A DNA stretch of 41,266 nt from a virus (IMGVR_UViG_3300005077_000040:1-41266); one strand, 5' to 3'; shown: positions 7,873 through 22,900, numbered from the stretch's first letter. Notes: generated from the sequence alone by a model not told the origin. A program made the numbers and translations.

Positions 7873-7951
7873 CTCACCCTCATTAGCTATTAGCAATTAT
7901 CAATTCACAATTCAAAATTAATCTTCTCCGCTTATTTCAATATCTTCGGGA

Positions 7952-10900
7952 TCACCTCCCCACAACTTTCCGCCGCACCAGCCTTTTTTTCTTTTTCTCC
8001 TTATCAGAAACCTTCACAGCATTCGGATTCGGCTCACTCACCGACACCTGAAACCCAAGAGACTTCCCAATCGACTCAAAAGCATCCAATTCCCCCATCA
8101 TAAAACTGAACATATTCTGGAACTGCACAGGCAGAGAACCCCGCGCCTGCGCCAGCAAGTAGCTCGGCATCCTCGAAAAACCAACAGGATGCCAGCCCAT
8201 ATCCTCATACTGCGACTTCGTCAGGCTAAATTGCAGCTTACCACCCTTATCGTCGCCTTTTCGGAAACCATGCTTCGCCGAACTCGTCTTGTACACCCCC
8301 TTGTAATGCGGCGCCCAACTCTCATCGTCAAGCCCCAGAAGCTCATCCCAATGCGTAAACGGTCGCCCCTTCCAATTGCGCCCCGTCGCAATCTCAAAAA
8401 ACATCCTGTAAATAACACTCCCCTTGTGGTGCATCGCCACAAAAGGATTAATATCAAACTTCCCGTCAGGCGCATTCGGAAAAATAAACTTAATCGGATC
8501 GCGAAAATGCCCAACAGTCGAGAAATACGCCCTGTTTTCCTTCCCACCGCCCAGCAAACGGTACAGCGGCGTAATGTCTACCTCCAGCCACCGTAGCCAA
8601 CCCTTATCCCAGGCAGTCTTATATCGCCGCACAATCCGATCAACATAACTCTCATCATCCTCGTCGTCATCCCTGTCCCAATAAGCCAGCAGCACATTCG
8701 GCATAACCGTCGCCAGAAAAATCCCGCGCCACATCGTCCGCGCCCAGAACTGTTGATAGGCCCGTCGCTCCGCAGCGCTCCCCGCTTTGATCGCCTTCAC
8801 CATACTTCGAATATTACTCTCCGTCCAGTCAGGCGCCAGCGCAAACAACCTGAAAATATGCTGCACCGTCTGATCGCGTCCCTGCTTCCCCGTCATAATC
8901 GTCCGCATCCGCTGCAAATGCAGCCCGCCAAAATCATCATTCACCAAATTAGCGACAATCTCCGCCCGCTCATCAGGCGAAAGCTGCGGCTCCTTCTTCA
9001 GCAGATTGCGATACTCCAGCAGCGCCGTGTACGCCTTCAAGCCAGCGCCAAACCGATTGAACAAACTATGCGCCTGCCGTTCCTGAAACGTAATAATCTT
9101 CTCCCGCACCGCCTTCGGAATCAGCATTTTTTTCATCATATTATCCGTTCGATCCCGATAATACGTCGCCAACTCATCCCAATCCTGAATCCTGCCAATC
9201 GTCAGCCCGTTGCGCACCAAAAGCTCAATCTCAGGCGTCATCTCCTGCACAGCCCTCAGCCCCTTTTTGTACGCCGAAATAATATTCAAATTTTTCATGG
9301 AGGCCAGCGCCGCACCGAACAAATAACTTCTCGAAAACGCCAAATGGTGGAACAGCGACGTTTGCAAAATCATCGCCTTAATCGCAGCATTGTAATTCGT
9401 AATCGTGTTAATACTAGGCACACCCTTCAGCTTGCTCTGCCCCAGAATCCGATTTAATTCATCGGCCACATCATTCGGCGCATACAGCGGTTCCCTCCGC
9501 AAAATCGCCCCGTCCGCCGTAATAACAAAATTCTTCCCCAGCTTCGGAACAAACTTCGTCTCATCGATATTCTTCCCCTCGATTCGTTCCGAAACTCTCT
9601 GAATCTCCTTCTTTTTTTCCTCATTACCGCTCGTCGCCGATTGCAGCTTATTAATAACAACCGTCGCCTCATTCTCAGACATCCCCCGCGCCATCAACGC
9701 CTCTTTCGTGACAGTCACCAGCTTTTCCATCGGCCCGCTCGCCTTACCCGTCTTCGCCTTAGCTGCCATATCCGCAATTCTTTCCAGCCGCACCTTGATC
9801 CAGTCGATCCGCACCGACCCGCGGTACGTATACCACGAAAAATTGGGATGATCAATCCGCTTGCTTCCGACACCCTGCGTAAAAGAAAACAGCTTACTTC
9901 CATTGCTCATCGTAAGCCTCATCCCCTCGCGAATCAGCCGCTTATGCTCGATGACATTCGCCATCTCCGCCTTTAAAATCGCCAGGTTATTTGTCGCACC
10001 GTGAATCTTCAGTTGATACCCATGCGACCATGCCTCCATAATCGTCCCAAAAACTCGCTGCTTCGCGTGCCGCGTCGTCGTCCCAAACTTGCGGAAATAC
10101 TCATCGCTCTGCTTATCATCAAAATCATAAATGCGATTCACATAATTCTCAAGCACATTATGAATCACCCCCTCGTCCATCGACTCCACACCAATCGCCT
10201 GATAAAGTTTCGAAATATCCTCAGCAATCTGCTTCTGCTCATCCGTCAAATTCTCAGCCAGCCCAATCAACCGCCGCTGCTCATCCGTAAACGTATCCCA
10301 GAACTTCTCCCGATGCTCAGGGTTCCGCTTCATATCGATATAAAGATGAATCGCCTCGTCAATATCGTGCCACTTCTTTTCCCACGTCGTCAAAAGAGGC
10401 TGCTTAAATCGCTCCCCACTCCCAAACGTCGGTTTTTTCCCAATGCTCTTCTGAATCCGCTCCTGAATCTTCTGCGCCTCAATCCATGCCTGCTGTGTCT
10501 TCCAGTCGCGTTCCCCAAACCAGTCGTTTTTCAGCTTCTCATAAGCCGATGGAATCTCGGGATAAGCCTCATGCTCGTCCTTCGGCTTTCGCTCCGCCTT
10601 CGCCCTTCCCATCGCCTTATACATAGCAGGAGCCGCGGCCCCACCATACTGAAACTGCGGCGACTTTTCCGTAAGCATAGAAAAAGACGCATCACCATTC
10701 TCATGGTATCGAACGATAACTTCTTCCCAACGCATAACGACATTCGAATCAGTTGTATAAGGCGTCAAAGCCGACCGTCTGTCATCATCAAACCACCGCC
10801 GCAAAACAACATCCCGCGCCTCAATCTCCCCCGCAAGCATCGTATATTGCCCCATCGCCCGCGTATTTATATCGACCAGCTTATTGTGAAGCTGGTAAAT

Positions 10901-13900
10901 CCGTTTTCGCATCTTCTCAATCTGACCCTGAATAGCCCTTCGATCCTTATCAGATTTCGCTTTATCGCGCTTAACAACCAATTCCAGCGCCCGATTCTTC
11001 AGCTTCTTATAAGCCGAAAACATCCGTTCAAAATTGGACGGCAGAAAAAATTCAACACGCCCGCCTCGCGCAAACCCCTCAATGTGCTGGATAGCGTGCT
11101 GAACCTCATGCAACAAAATCTCCTCAGCCCTGGCCGCGTCATTCGCAACGACCTTCATTCCCTTAGTCACATGATTGAACCCACCGTTCGTCGCCTCCCT
11201 CGCCATCGTCGGATAAATAGTAATATCAACCTTGTAATTCTTCAACTCAGGATAAGCCTGAAACAGCGCATAATGCGTCACAACATCGCTCAACTTCCCC
11301 ACAAAATAAGAAGTTTTCGCATCGGCCTTCTCCCATCCCTGGCCCCGCGCCCGCAGCTTAAACGCCCCATCGGGAATCTCAAATCGCCATTTCCCATCAA
11401 GCCCTCGGAACCAGCCCGTCTCACGACGAATCCTGTCAATCGTCATATCCCGCCGCGTCTGCGACTCCGCCACAATGTCCAGCCGTTTAGCCTCCTCCTC
11501 GGAAAACTTCTCCCCATACATCACCTTCGACATCAAAGCATTATACTCATCCTTCTCCTCGTTCGCCCTGCGAATCAACGGCCCAAAATGCCGCTCCATC
11601 GCCTTAGCCTTCAAAAGCGTATGAGAGTCAGCCGTCCGTGCCCCTTGCCCCGCATATTGAAACTGCGGAAACCCCTCATAAAGCGCCGTCTTCCGCATCG
11701 CATCCGTAATCCTAATCGCATGTACGGGCGGCCCTTCTTCCGCCTGCGATCTACCAGCCCAAATCCGCAATCGGGACACTTCCCCCCCAAACTGCTTCAC
11801 AAACTTCCCGAAATAACTCGGCAGCTTCCTGTCATAAAACTCAACCATCCCCTCGCCGCCAATCACCAGGCTATCTCCCTCAATAACGCCCTTCTTATCA
11901 CCAGAATCGAGTATCTGCTTCGCCATATTTTTACCAAGAATATCGCCAAGCTCAGATTTATCAGCGTCACGGTCAAAAACCCTTAACCCATTTTTTTCAC
12001 CATGAATAGTTATTTTATCTTCATGGTAATACCATTCAATTCTGTCCACCAGTCTCCGCGTCATGTCCTCATACCGTCGCACCTGCTCCACCCCCGTCGT
12101 CCATGCAACATAATCAAACCCATTCTCCGCCGCATACCGCAAAACATACTTAAATCCAAGCAAGCTCCACGCCTTCTCATCCTTAAACGGAGCATCAGGG
12201 ACAGTATCGAAATGACGATCTGTCGCCTTTGCACCGTATTTTACTAATTTCTCCTTTGCTGCCCCAATAGCGTCCGCCTCTGTATCCGCATTATCAACAT
12301 TCATTAAATAGTTGCCGTCCCTATCATACACATCCCAAACCGAACTCATTGGCGTGCTTATACGAGCCGTCAATCCTTCCAGATAATATTCCACATCAAA
12401 ATTTGGATTATCCCCATACCCCTCTTTTTTCCCCTTTTGATGCCAATCGCTTTGCACTTCCTCAATCAGCAATATTCTATTATCTTTTCCCTCATAATCC
12501 GATGGGCTTGGCTTTTCACCTATTTTGCCGCCTTCAACCCAATTATCATAATCCAAATTAAATTGATCTGCGCCACCTAGCCGTCTTTGTTGCCGCTCCG
12601 TAAACCGAACGTGCATCAAAACATTCACATCATCAGACCAATGGCCGTGCGTAAACGTCGGCTTTTCATCCTCGCTAAATTTTTCTTTCAGGTCTTCCAG
12701 CTTCGCGTCATCCTGGGCAGTCCGTTTATTTCCCAAATTTTCAAGCCTGCGCATCTCCTCATTGTCGCCAATAGTAAACGTTGATGCCATCGGCAGCTTA
12801 ATTAATATCTCCCGATAACCCTCATAAGGCATCGGCGAAATAAAATTCTCACCCTCATACTGCCCGCGAATTTTGACCTCTTGTTCAAGTCGTTTCTCAA
12901 GCTCATCAACCCGCTCGTCATAAATGCGTTGATACGTCTCATCAAACAAATCATAAAGCTCATCCTCATCGGCGACTCCAAGCCGCTCAATATCCGCCTG
13001 CACCTCATCCTCGCTCGCATCCCCGCGATGATAAAATAAATCATGATAATACGGCGCATTCAAATCAAGCTCACTGCCCACCTCGGCAAGCGTATCATAC
13101 TCAATTTCCTGCAACGCCTCAGCCTTTTTCTCCTCAAGGTCAATACGGTCATCAAGGTCATCAAAGACTTCTTTCCCATACTTCCGAGTCACATCCTCAA
13201 CAACCAGCGTCACCTTATTCCGCGCAACAAACCCCAAAAGCTCATCCTTCGAAACGTCATTTTTCCCAGCCAGAAAACCATCCAGATCAATCCAGGCCAG
13301 CTCCGCATCCTTCACCCCGTTGCGAACCAGCCAATTCCTCACCGCACCAGCCTTCATACTTTTCGGAAACCGCCTCTCAACAACCCTCTCCGCCTCCGAA
13401 AAATACACAGGCGCATACCCACCCTCAGACCGCAGCACCCTATCTTTCTTTTTTCCCGTCGCCTTCCCCGCGTCAATCCTGTCAACAACGTCAACCACGT
13501 CCCTCTTTTCTTCACCACTGTCAACAACGTCCCTCTTTTCTCCACCCCCGTCAACAACGTCCTTTTCTTCTTCCCCCTTCCCAATCTCCGAATCCCCAAA
13601 CAACGTTTTCCCAGCCTTCCAAAATTCCCCACCCCTCCCTTGCATTCGATAGGCCACCATCGACGAAAACTCATCTAGGCTTATCGGAACACCAACCAGC
13701 TTTTTAAACGCAACAGAAAGCCTTAAAATGGCTCGTTTCAACCACGCCAAAAATCTATGTTTCTGTTTTCCGTGAATTTCCGCACCCTTCTCACCAATAG
13801 CCTGCACAAGCGCCTCATCCAGGTAGTCAGAATACCCCGCATCCTGCGCGTTTTTCGCGTATCGCGTCCCCTTTATCAAGGCGATCCCATGGGCATAAAG

Positions 13901-16900
13901 CTCAGGCTCATGCACCCGCAAATAATTCATAACAGGATGGGCAAACTCATGGAACACCGTGTCCTTATTCATCCGCCGCACATCGATATAAATCTTATTC
14001 GTCTCAGGATCATAAAACCCCAAAGGCGCCCTCCCCTTAGCAATCTTCCCCTGCGCCTGAAGCGAAGCAACCCGCGCATCGAACATCTTCGTACTTTTAA
14101 CAACAGCTATCCCGCCAACCGCCTTGTGCAGCATCTCCGTCGCCGTGTCTAACCACTCCTCATCCACTTGCTGCGCAGTCCCTATTCCCTTGCTTTTATA
14201 ATGACTAATTCGGGATTCCTGCACCCCCTGCTCACGCAAATCAACAATGCGCTCAACCTCGTCTGCAACTCTACGAGACGGCATCAAAAATCCAGCTATT
14301 TCATTGCCAGACATAATAACAGCGCCCATCGAATTATCATTCACCATAAGAGAAAACTTGGGCACAATCTTCTGCAAATACGAAACCTGCACTTCAGGAA
14401 ACGCAACGTAATTACCTTTGTCAGATAGAAACACCGCCATTTTGTTGTTACTACCACTCTTTGATAAAAAACTAAAAACATATTTGCTTTTAACCGCATT
14501 AGGAACAACGGTATCATATAAATGGTCATACTTGACATTGCGGTTACGAATATCAAACGTCTCAGCAATATTTTTTAGCTCTTTAGGTACAAACTTGCCT
14601 TCAAGCGCCCACTTCCCATTTGTTAATGCACCACTTTCGTTTTTATGCAATGTATCTTTTTTTCTTAAAAATTGTGTAATTGCAGCCTTCGGGTTCAAAG
14701 TCTCCCGATACCTGCCACCCATCTCTTTTTCAACCGCCGAAGCCTTTGGCGCTTTTTTCTGTTTAACGCCCTCAAACTCCACCGTTTTCGTTTGAATAAC
14801 CCCGCCTTCTTCCTCAAACTTTCTACGTGCCTCATCCTCCATCGCAGGTGTAAGGCTTATTTCCTTTTCCTCGTTAAAATACGTCGTTTCAAATTCAGCT
14901 ATTTTGTTGGTAACTTCCCTAAGCTCATCAGCCGAACGCTTCACCTGCTTTTGTATATTGCGAATCTTTTCATTGTCGCTGTCAATATTTTTATTGGCAA
15001 CATCAATCATTTTTTCCAGAAAAGCCTTGCTTTTATCGTACTGGGCCTGGCGTTTTTCTTCATCTTTAATTTTATCATCAGGAGTAAGATTGGCAAGTTT
15101 TTCCTGGCGCTCCGCCAAATATTTTTCATTTTGGTTCAGGCTGTTATAAGCCCTGCTCAGCCGACTGTTAAATACTCGCTCCATATCCCGCGTATTAGAC
15201 CGCTCTCGCTGCATTCGGTCATAATCAAACCGCAGCTTCAACAGCTCCTTTTTAACGGGATCAGTCTCCATCTCAATAGCAATCAGCTCGGAAGATGGCA
15301 TAGCCCCGCCAACCATTTCCTCCTCAGTCGAAATTTCCCTGTCAACATCTTTCTCCCAAAGCGCCTCGTTCCACCCTTTTTTGTGCATCACAATATTAAG
15401 CGAAAGATTGTCAAAACTCCCGCGCATCAGCATGAGATGGGTTATCACAACATCATTCTCGTTCCCATACCGAACGCCACGCCCGTGTCGCTGCCTGAAC
15501 GCACCAGGTGTATACGGTATGTCAAGGTTCCAGATATGCTTCGTCTTAACCTGCAAATCCATACCCTCGCCCATACTTGCAGTCGTGCCAATTAATACCT
15601 TTATTTTACCATCATTGTAAAGGTCGGCAAGCTCCTGTTTTCGTTTATCCTTTTTCTCCCCGCTAACAGAAGATTCATTCCCATTATTCGGGTTCGTTAC
15701 TTCCTTGCCATTCATAATCCCGATCTGTTTTGCCTCAAACCCGCGCTTGGTCAATTCATTTTTAATTTCACGATGCAAATTCTCTGTCAGCTTACCAGCA
15801 TCCACCTGTGTATGGCCAGAATTATCCAAAAATATCAAATGGCCATGCTCTTTGTTTTCTTTGAAAGCAGCCTCAATTCCGTCTAAAACAAATTCCAGCT
15901 TGTCATCTTCACTATTGAACGTCCGCATGTCAATTTCAATTCCAGCGTGCTCACCGCCGTAAAGTCGCGGATCAACCGCCGCATTGCGGCCACCCGTGTA
16001 AATTGCCAGAAGTGTGTCACCCCCTGGCTGTCTTTGAAAAGCCTTTGGCACAGCGCCTTTTCGCCTGTCCAAATCAGCCATCACAGCCGCCACAAGGTCG
16101 CTGGAATTTAAAAAATGCTTTAACTGGTTCTCGGCAGGCACTTCAATATGTGGCATCGCCTCCATCGGAATATAATCGATATACCTGTCCATAATATTCC
16201 GAAGTTCAGGCGCATTAATAATCGATCTTAGAATACTTTTCGGCTTGTGCTTTTCAGGGTCTTCAACAGTGCCCAAATTAAAAAACATATTTGCAAAACT
16301 TCGGTCGTCGCCAACCCCGTACTCATCTAAAATTTGATAATCCATGTGCCGCATCATCGTGTAAATTTCCATCGGCTTATTTGGAGTAGGCGTGGCCGTC
16401 AACATGAAAACATTGCTGTTATTGTTCCGTTCGGCAATGTAATTTGCCTTAAATCGAAAATCATAACTCCGCGCACTTGCAATCGTTACATTGGTTTCGT
16501 CTTTACCGCTCGCATTAAACCCGAACGCTATTCCTAAACCAAACTTGTTAAGTTCACCGCGAATACCAATATTTTTAAACGCATGGGCCTCATCAGCAAC
16601 CAGCATATCAATCCCAAGTTTATCGAACGTCAGCCGTGTATCTCGTGGCATATTACGAATGGCAGATACATACCGTTCAATCTTCTCAAGTAAAAGTGCG
16701 TATTTGCGCCCAGCTATCCCAGGGTCGTCCAAATGTTCGAGCACAACCGCGTTAATAAACCGAAGTTCATCGTCAACAGGAAGTTTCACATGGGCAAATC
16801 CCTCGTGACTAATCAGCACATAATCCGCGTTAGTATTGGAAAGGTCAAAAAGTTTCTTTGTCCGCTGATCCTTGCTTAAATTTCCAAGATTAATTATTTT

Positions 16901-19900
16901 TGCATCAGGAAAAAGCGTCTTAATATCCCGTTCCCACTTTTTAATCGTTTTTGCAGGAACCACAAACATCGGCTTTTTTGCTGCGCCACGCTTTTTAAGA
17001 ACCCTGGCAAGCGCAATCGAAGCAAACGTTTTTCCGCCGCCAACGTCGTGGGCGTTAATCCCCTTGCCCTCATAAAAAGCCTTAATAATCCACTCAATCT
17101 GATTTTTTCTCAAACGAATGGGAGAGTTCGCCTCAATCTCGTTTAGAACATCCTGGATGAGATAAATAGCCTTGCGGTAATTCGGTTTCACATACCCGTT
17201 AAATTTCGAATTGTATACAAACTCAATCTGTTCAACCAGCGCGGCATCTTCCTTAACATTATTAAGAATGCTTTGCTTTATTTCGTACAGATGTTCTTCA
17301 GCTTCGCGCATTCGGGCCATATAACTGCCCATCGGCTCCACAGAACCATCATCAAACCATTTTCGGCTCACAAGCACATGGTTGTTTAAATATTTTTCAT
17401 ATATATCGTCATCATGTACCCAGTGCAATTGTTTGTTTTTATCGGGTACCTGCCGTGCGGTAAACCAGCCTTTATTTTCAATCAACGGGTGAATCCATGT
17501 TTCATTCCCCCTGAAATCAATCTCGTCAATCGGAAGCGCATCTGGCCGAACCCGCTCAAGCTCGGCAATTTGTTTTTTTAATTTGTCTGCAACAGTCCCG
17601 TCGTCTCCCCACTTATCTAAAATAGCCTGCGCCATTTTAATTTTATCATACACAAACCCAGAATAATACAAAATATCATTCTGTACAACAGTCTTATCGC
17701 CAAACTCAACAACAGAATACCCGTTCTTAAGCAATTCCTGAAACTCGCTGTCTTTAATCAAATCCGCATCAGCGATATGAATAAACCCCTTATTATCCTC
17801 GCTCGCAATCGCCCTGTCAATAAGCGGCGAATCTTTTGTCGCCTCCTTGCGCCCGCTTCCCGTGTGCCGCACTCGTTCCTTAAAAACATCCGCAGGCTCA
17901 AAGTTTTCATTAAACGTACTCGTCAGCTCATTGAACAACGGCATTTCTTTGTGCATTTTAAAAAATCCGTGCAGTTTTTTATCTGCAATCGGGGGCGTTT
18001 TAAACTGATTTTTATAGTCGTTAATCAAACCAATCCCAAGCTCAGAATCGTAACTATCACCCATTTCCTGGAATTCAGTCGCCGCGTTTTTAATCCGATT
18101 TAACATATCAATTTTATCATAAAGCTCACCAGTAAGCGGCTTATAAATCTTGGCAAACCCATTATGAAGATCATTAAATGGAATATACTTATCCATCACA
18201 TATATCTGTCCAGAACTGAACAAAATATTCATTTCAAAATTAGAATCAACAGAATGATAATATTTTTCATTCCCGTCTTTATCCTTACCCATAGGAAGAA
18301 AAACATTTTGCTTTACCATAACATTCGGATTCTCTTCCATCCAGCCCTGCAAATCATGGTAGCTTTCGGGAATACCACCTTCTTTTTGTTTATCCTTTTC
18401 TTTCTGCTTTTCCTTCAAATACGGTGTGTAATCGACAGATATATCGTCCAGCCGCGCCTCTCCCTCAACAACATACATCGGCTTACCGCCATACAGCTTA
18501 TCAACGCCCTCAACCAGCTCGCCCAAAATATTTTCAGGATGAAGATTATAATAAGAATTTATTTTAAGCCCGTTTTCTTGGGTGTCAACAATCTCAAACG
18601 CCGCGTTATTCTCTGCCATCTCAGGCCGCGCCTCAACGCCGTCAGGACGTTTCTGCATAAAAATAATATCAACCATCACGTCCGTATGCGCCGTTTTTGT
18701 AAAATGGCCCTGCGGCAGCCTGAATGCGCCGATAATATCAGCCTTGCTCGTAATCTCTTTTCGGGTTTTTTTGTCTAATTTATCCATCGTGTAATGGGAG
18801 GAAATAAAAGCAACAATCCCGTCGTCACGAACGCGGTCCAGCGCATGTATAAAATAAAAATCATGCAGCGTCTTAATATCTGGCCTGTTCCGAAGCCGTC
18901 CCGCTCCGCGTTCCTCGCTGAACGGTACGTTGCTCACCACAAAATCATAGCCAGAATCAACGAAATCTTCAAAAGATAAATGGTAATGTTTCCCCTGGGG
19001 ATAAAGTGCAGATACTACCTTATGGTTGGTCTCGTCAATATCTATCGTCGTCCATGCAAGCTCAGGCCAGTTGCCAACAAAGTTGCCGCCGCCAACCGAT
19101 GGCTCCAACGCAGTTTTAGGCTTAAATCCAGCCTTTTCCAGCGCATTGTAAATCGCACGAATTGTATCATAATCCGTGTAATGCTGATTAAGCGCCTCTT
19201 TCGTCCCACTGCTCAGGCCGCCTTCGCCAGTATATTGACGTAATATGTCCTTATCGTCGTCTGTTAAATCGGAAGATTGTTTTGAAAGGATTTCCTTAAC
19301 GCGGGAGTTGATGCTGTTTCTTTGCCCTTTTGTAAGTCGCGGAGATTCTTTTTCTCGGAGGGAATAATTTTGTACCACACGTGGCTCGGTGGTTGGTTTC
19401 TCACCACGTATGTCAGTTGCGCCTGGTACCACTGGCTCGTTTCCAGCCCCGCGTACAGCTTCGCTAATTCCTCCAGCGGCCTGCTGTCCTTCCACTTGTT
19501 CTGTTCCAGTGGATACCTCAGCGCCTGGCACACCTGCCCCAATTGCAAATTCAGAATCGCGTACAACTTTGTCCGAACGCTCACTTCCTGGTTTTCGCTC
19601 CCCTGCTCTACCCTCAATATTCCCTCCAGGACTAACGCTCGTTGTTCCTTCGGTACCCGTTGTGCCAGTTTGTCGTCCAGATTTTCCTGTTTCATCAGGT
19701 TTCTCCTTATTCTCTGTTTCATTATACGCAGATTCTTTTCCAATAGTTTCAACATCCACACCCTCGACAACACGTTCCGAATCCATCCCCGAATTATCCA
19801 AACCAGGATAATGCCGCGCACCCAAATACATCGACCTCAAAAATGGCCGAATGGCATCCCCAAAAGTCTCAACCATCTTTCGGGCAAAGTCCACAAACTT

Positions 19901-22900
19901 TCGCGTCCCTGCCTCAATATGGTAAACCGCGTACTCCGTCCCCAAAGCCAGAAACTCAGGATCAACGCCCACATTCAAATTTTTCAGTTTCTCGCGTATC
20001 CGCCGCTCAAGCTCCGCCGCTCGTTCCTGGCTCACCAAAACATTCTTCGCCCCATACTCAGTCGACTTTTCCCCGCTCTCCGCTTTTTCTGTTTTAACTT
20101 TTTTAAAACCATCATCCCATTTTTCTTGACTCAAAAAAGATGGAGAAGTAACCCGAACTAACGGCTGCTCGCCTTTGATTGGGTTTTCAATAAGAACGCC
20201 CTCTATGGTATGATTGCGCTGTTTTTTTGCAACAAAATCACCATATTTAAGATTATTTTCTGCCAGGGCTTCATCCCATGAAAATTCATCCGCCATCGGC
20301 GATCTGGCATCTGGCATCGGCTTTTCGCTTTTCGCCCCACGCTCCACGTCTTTTTCTTTTCCCGAATCCCCTTCCCCGATCTCCGAACCCCGATTCAATC
20401 GTTCCGCCAACCCCTCAGCAAACCGAACCGCCTGTTCCGTCCGCTTCTTATACCACACCTTATTCCGCATACTCCATCGGAACCCGTTCGCCTTCACCTC
20501 CGAAACAACATCCGCGCTCGGCTTCTCGGCAAACTTCAGCTCAACCCCACCCTGCGCCTCATTCATCAGAACATCAACAACCCGCGTCTCGCGTCTAACG
20601 TCTTGCTCTTCCTTATCTGCTCCACTTTCAACCTTAACAAAATCCACCTTATTCAATTGTGTATCGCCAGTGATATTCGTTTTCAACATCGTCCCCTGTT
20701 CCCAGGTAACTTTCACTGGCCCAGTAATAGTTATTTTACTACCTGGTTTTGTTTTTACCATGTCGCCAACGCGAATCACTGGCGATTTATAGATAGTGTC
20801 AATGAATCTTTGCGCCGACTTTTTGTCCCAAAAGTGCATTGTCCTGACTTGTGTTTTATCTTTACCAAGCGGGGAAGGCACAACAATTTTAACATTCCAA
20901 CTTCCTCCACTAGTTTCCCCAGGCCTCTTTACAGGGTTACCAACTTCAAATACTTCAACAGTCTCATACCCCCAATTCCCAGCAGGGTCTGCAACAGGGT
21001 CTGCAAATGTCCCAATCGGTTCTTGCTTTACCGCTCCCCCCTCCTCGATTCTCACTTCTCGCTTTCCGCCCGCATCGTCTACCGTTTTATCACCCGTTTT
21101 AAGCCCCTCAGCGCCACGATCTTTTTCCCCAGCGCCCTTTTCCCCAGCTTTTTTCTCCTCATCCGCCATCTGTGATCGGGCATCTGCTTTATAATTGCGC
21201 ACAACATACTCAATATACTGCTTCTCATGCCTCGACGAAAAACTATAATTCCTCCCCTTCTCATCAACAACAATAGCCACATGAGGAATAGCACCGATCT
21301 TATAAGTCTCGGTCCTGTAATTCGCCTTTTTCAGCTCGCGATCAATAAGCTCCTTTGCCGAAATAACAACCCCGTCATTGTCCTTGTATTTTTTCTTCTC
21401 AACCACCGCAATCATCTCAGCGTGCTTCTGGTCTTCCTTCCTTGCCTCATAAGCCTGCTTCTCCGCAGCCTGCTTCGCATCGTACTCAGCAGCTTTTTCC
21501 TTGCCAACAAACTCCCTCAACACCGCAATCGTATCGCGCTGATTACGTGGCAAAGCAATCCCCGTATACGCCGAAAAAAACTCACGAGTAAAAGAATTAT
21601 CAGTATTCCCCACCCATTCAATTAATCCCGCCAACTCCCTATCATCAATCATCCGCCTGATGGAATTCTCCCGATCAGCAATCAAAGTGTCGCGGTTTCC
21701 AAAACCAGCCAATCCAGATCGAAACTTCTCCCGCGCCTTCTCGATAATTGGCTGCCGCTCCGCACCATAGTCAGCAAGCCCACCAGCTTCGCCCGTCACT
21801 TCTCGCTTTCCGCCCTTATCGTCTGCCGTTTCACCCAAGCGCTCCTTAGCTTGCTTCACTGCTTTCCTGAAACCCATCTTATACTTGCCAGAAACATCAT
21901 ACTCCCCAGAAGCCAGTAAATCGTCAAATTCCTTCTCAACCGCCGCAACCGTTTCCTCATTTTCTGCCTCATTCACCCGCTCAACAAACCGCGCATCAGG
22001 CATGTGTTTCTTAATTGGTTCGCTTTCCCCTCGTATTTTCAACGCTTCTTTAGCTAAGAATACCCCATTATTAGCATCCTGCCTCACCCGATCCATTGGC
22101 ATCCGCAAATACGGATTTTCCTGCGTCTCGCTTCTCTCGTCTTGCTTCTTGCCTTTCTCAACATCAGAAATTGTTAATCCCTGTTCTGAAATTGCCTTTT
22201 CTTTCAGCTCAGGATATTCCGCCAGCTCCAACGGCTCTTTATTTTTCGCTTTTTCTTCCTCTGCGCCTTCGCGCCTCTGCGTGACACCCTCTTTTTCCTG
22301 CTCCAAACGCCCCTCATCGACCGCTGACGGCTGACCGCTGACAGCCTTCCCCTCAACCACGTCCTTCAGCGCCAAAAGCTCCTTCTTCTCATCGGCATAA
22401 TCAGCAGCGGATGGATCATTCCCTCGTTCCATCTCCTCAATAGCATCAATATTATTAGCGATATACAGCCAAGTATTCCCATGCAGCATTTCCCGCATAG
22501 CGGCAATATATTCATCATCATAGTCCCCAGACTCCTCCATCTGGTCCAGCCGCTCATTCTCCGAAACGATAAACGCCTCAACCTTCTCATTTCTCACCCG
22601 CCCAACAATCCCAGCATCCGCTTTTTCATCCGCTTTCGTCTTTTCATCTGGCATCTGCGATCTGGCATCTGCTTTCGTCTTTTCATCCGCAATCCGTGAT
22701 CCGACATCCGCCTTTCCATCCGCCGTTTCACGTTCACCATCCTTCTTCTGATGCGCCTCCGTCAGTCGACTCAGAACAATCTCCGCAAAACTTCGCTTCT
22801 TCTTCTCATCGGTTTCGTTCTCGCTCGCCACAAAATCATCCAGAACCTGCTGACCAACCGCCTTAGCCGTCTTTTTATCCAGCCCCGTCCTCTCAGCAAT

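Noticed and set aside
1-7896. Diversity-generating retroelement acting on the fibre genes
   Set aside because: No RT gene and no template/variable repeat pair with A-specific mismatches were seen. The retroelement trace is a group II intron end.
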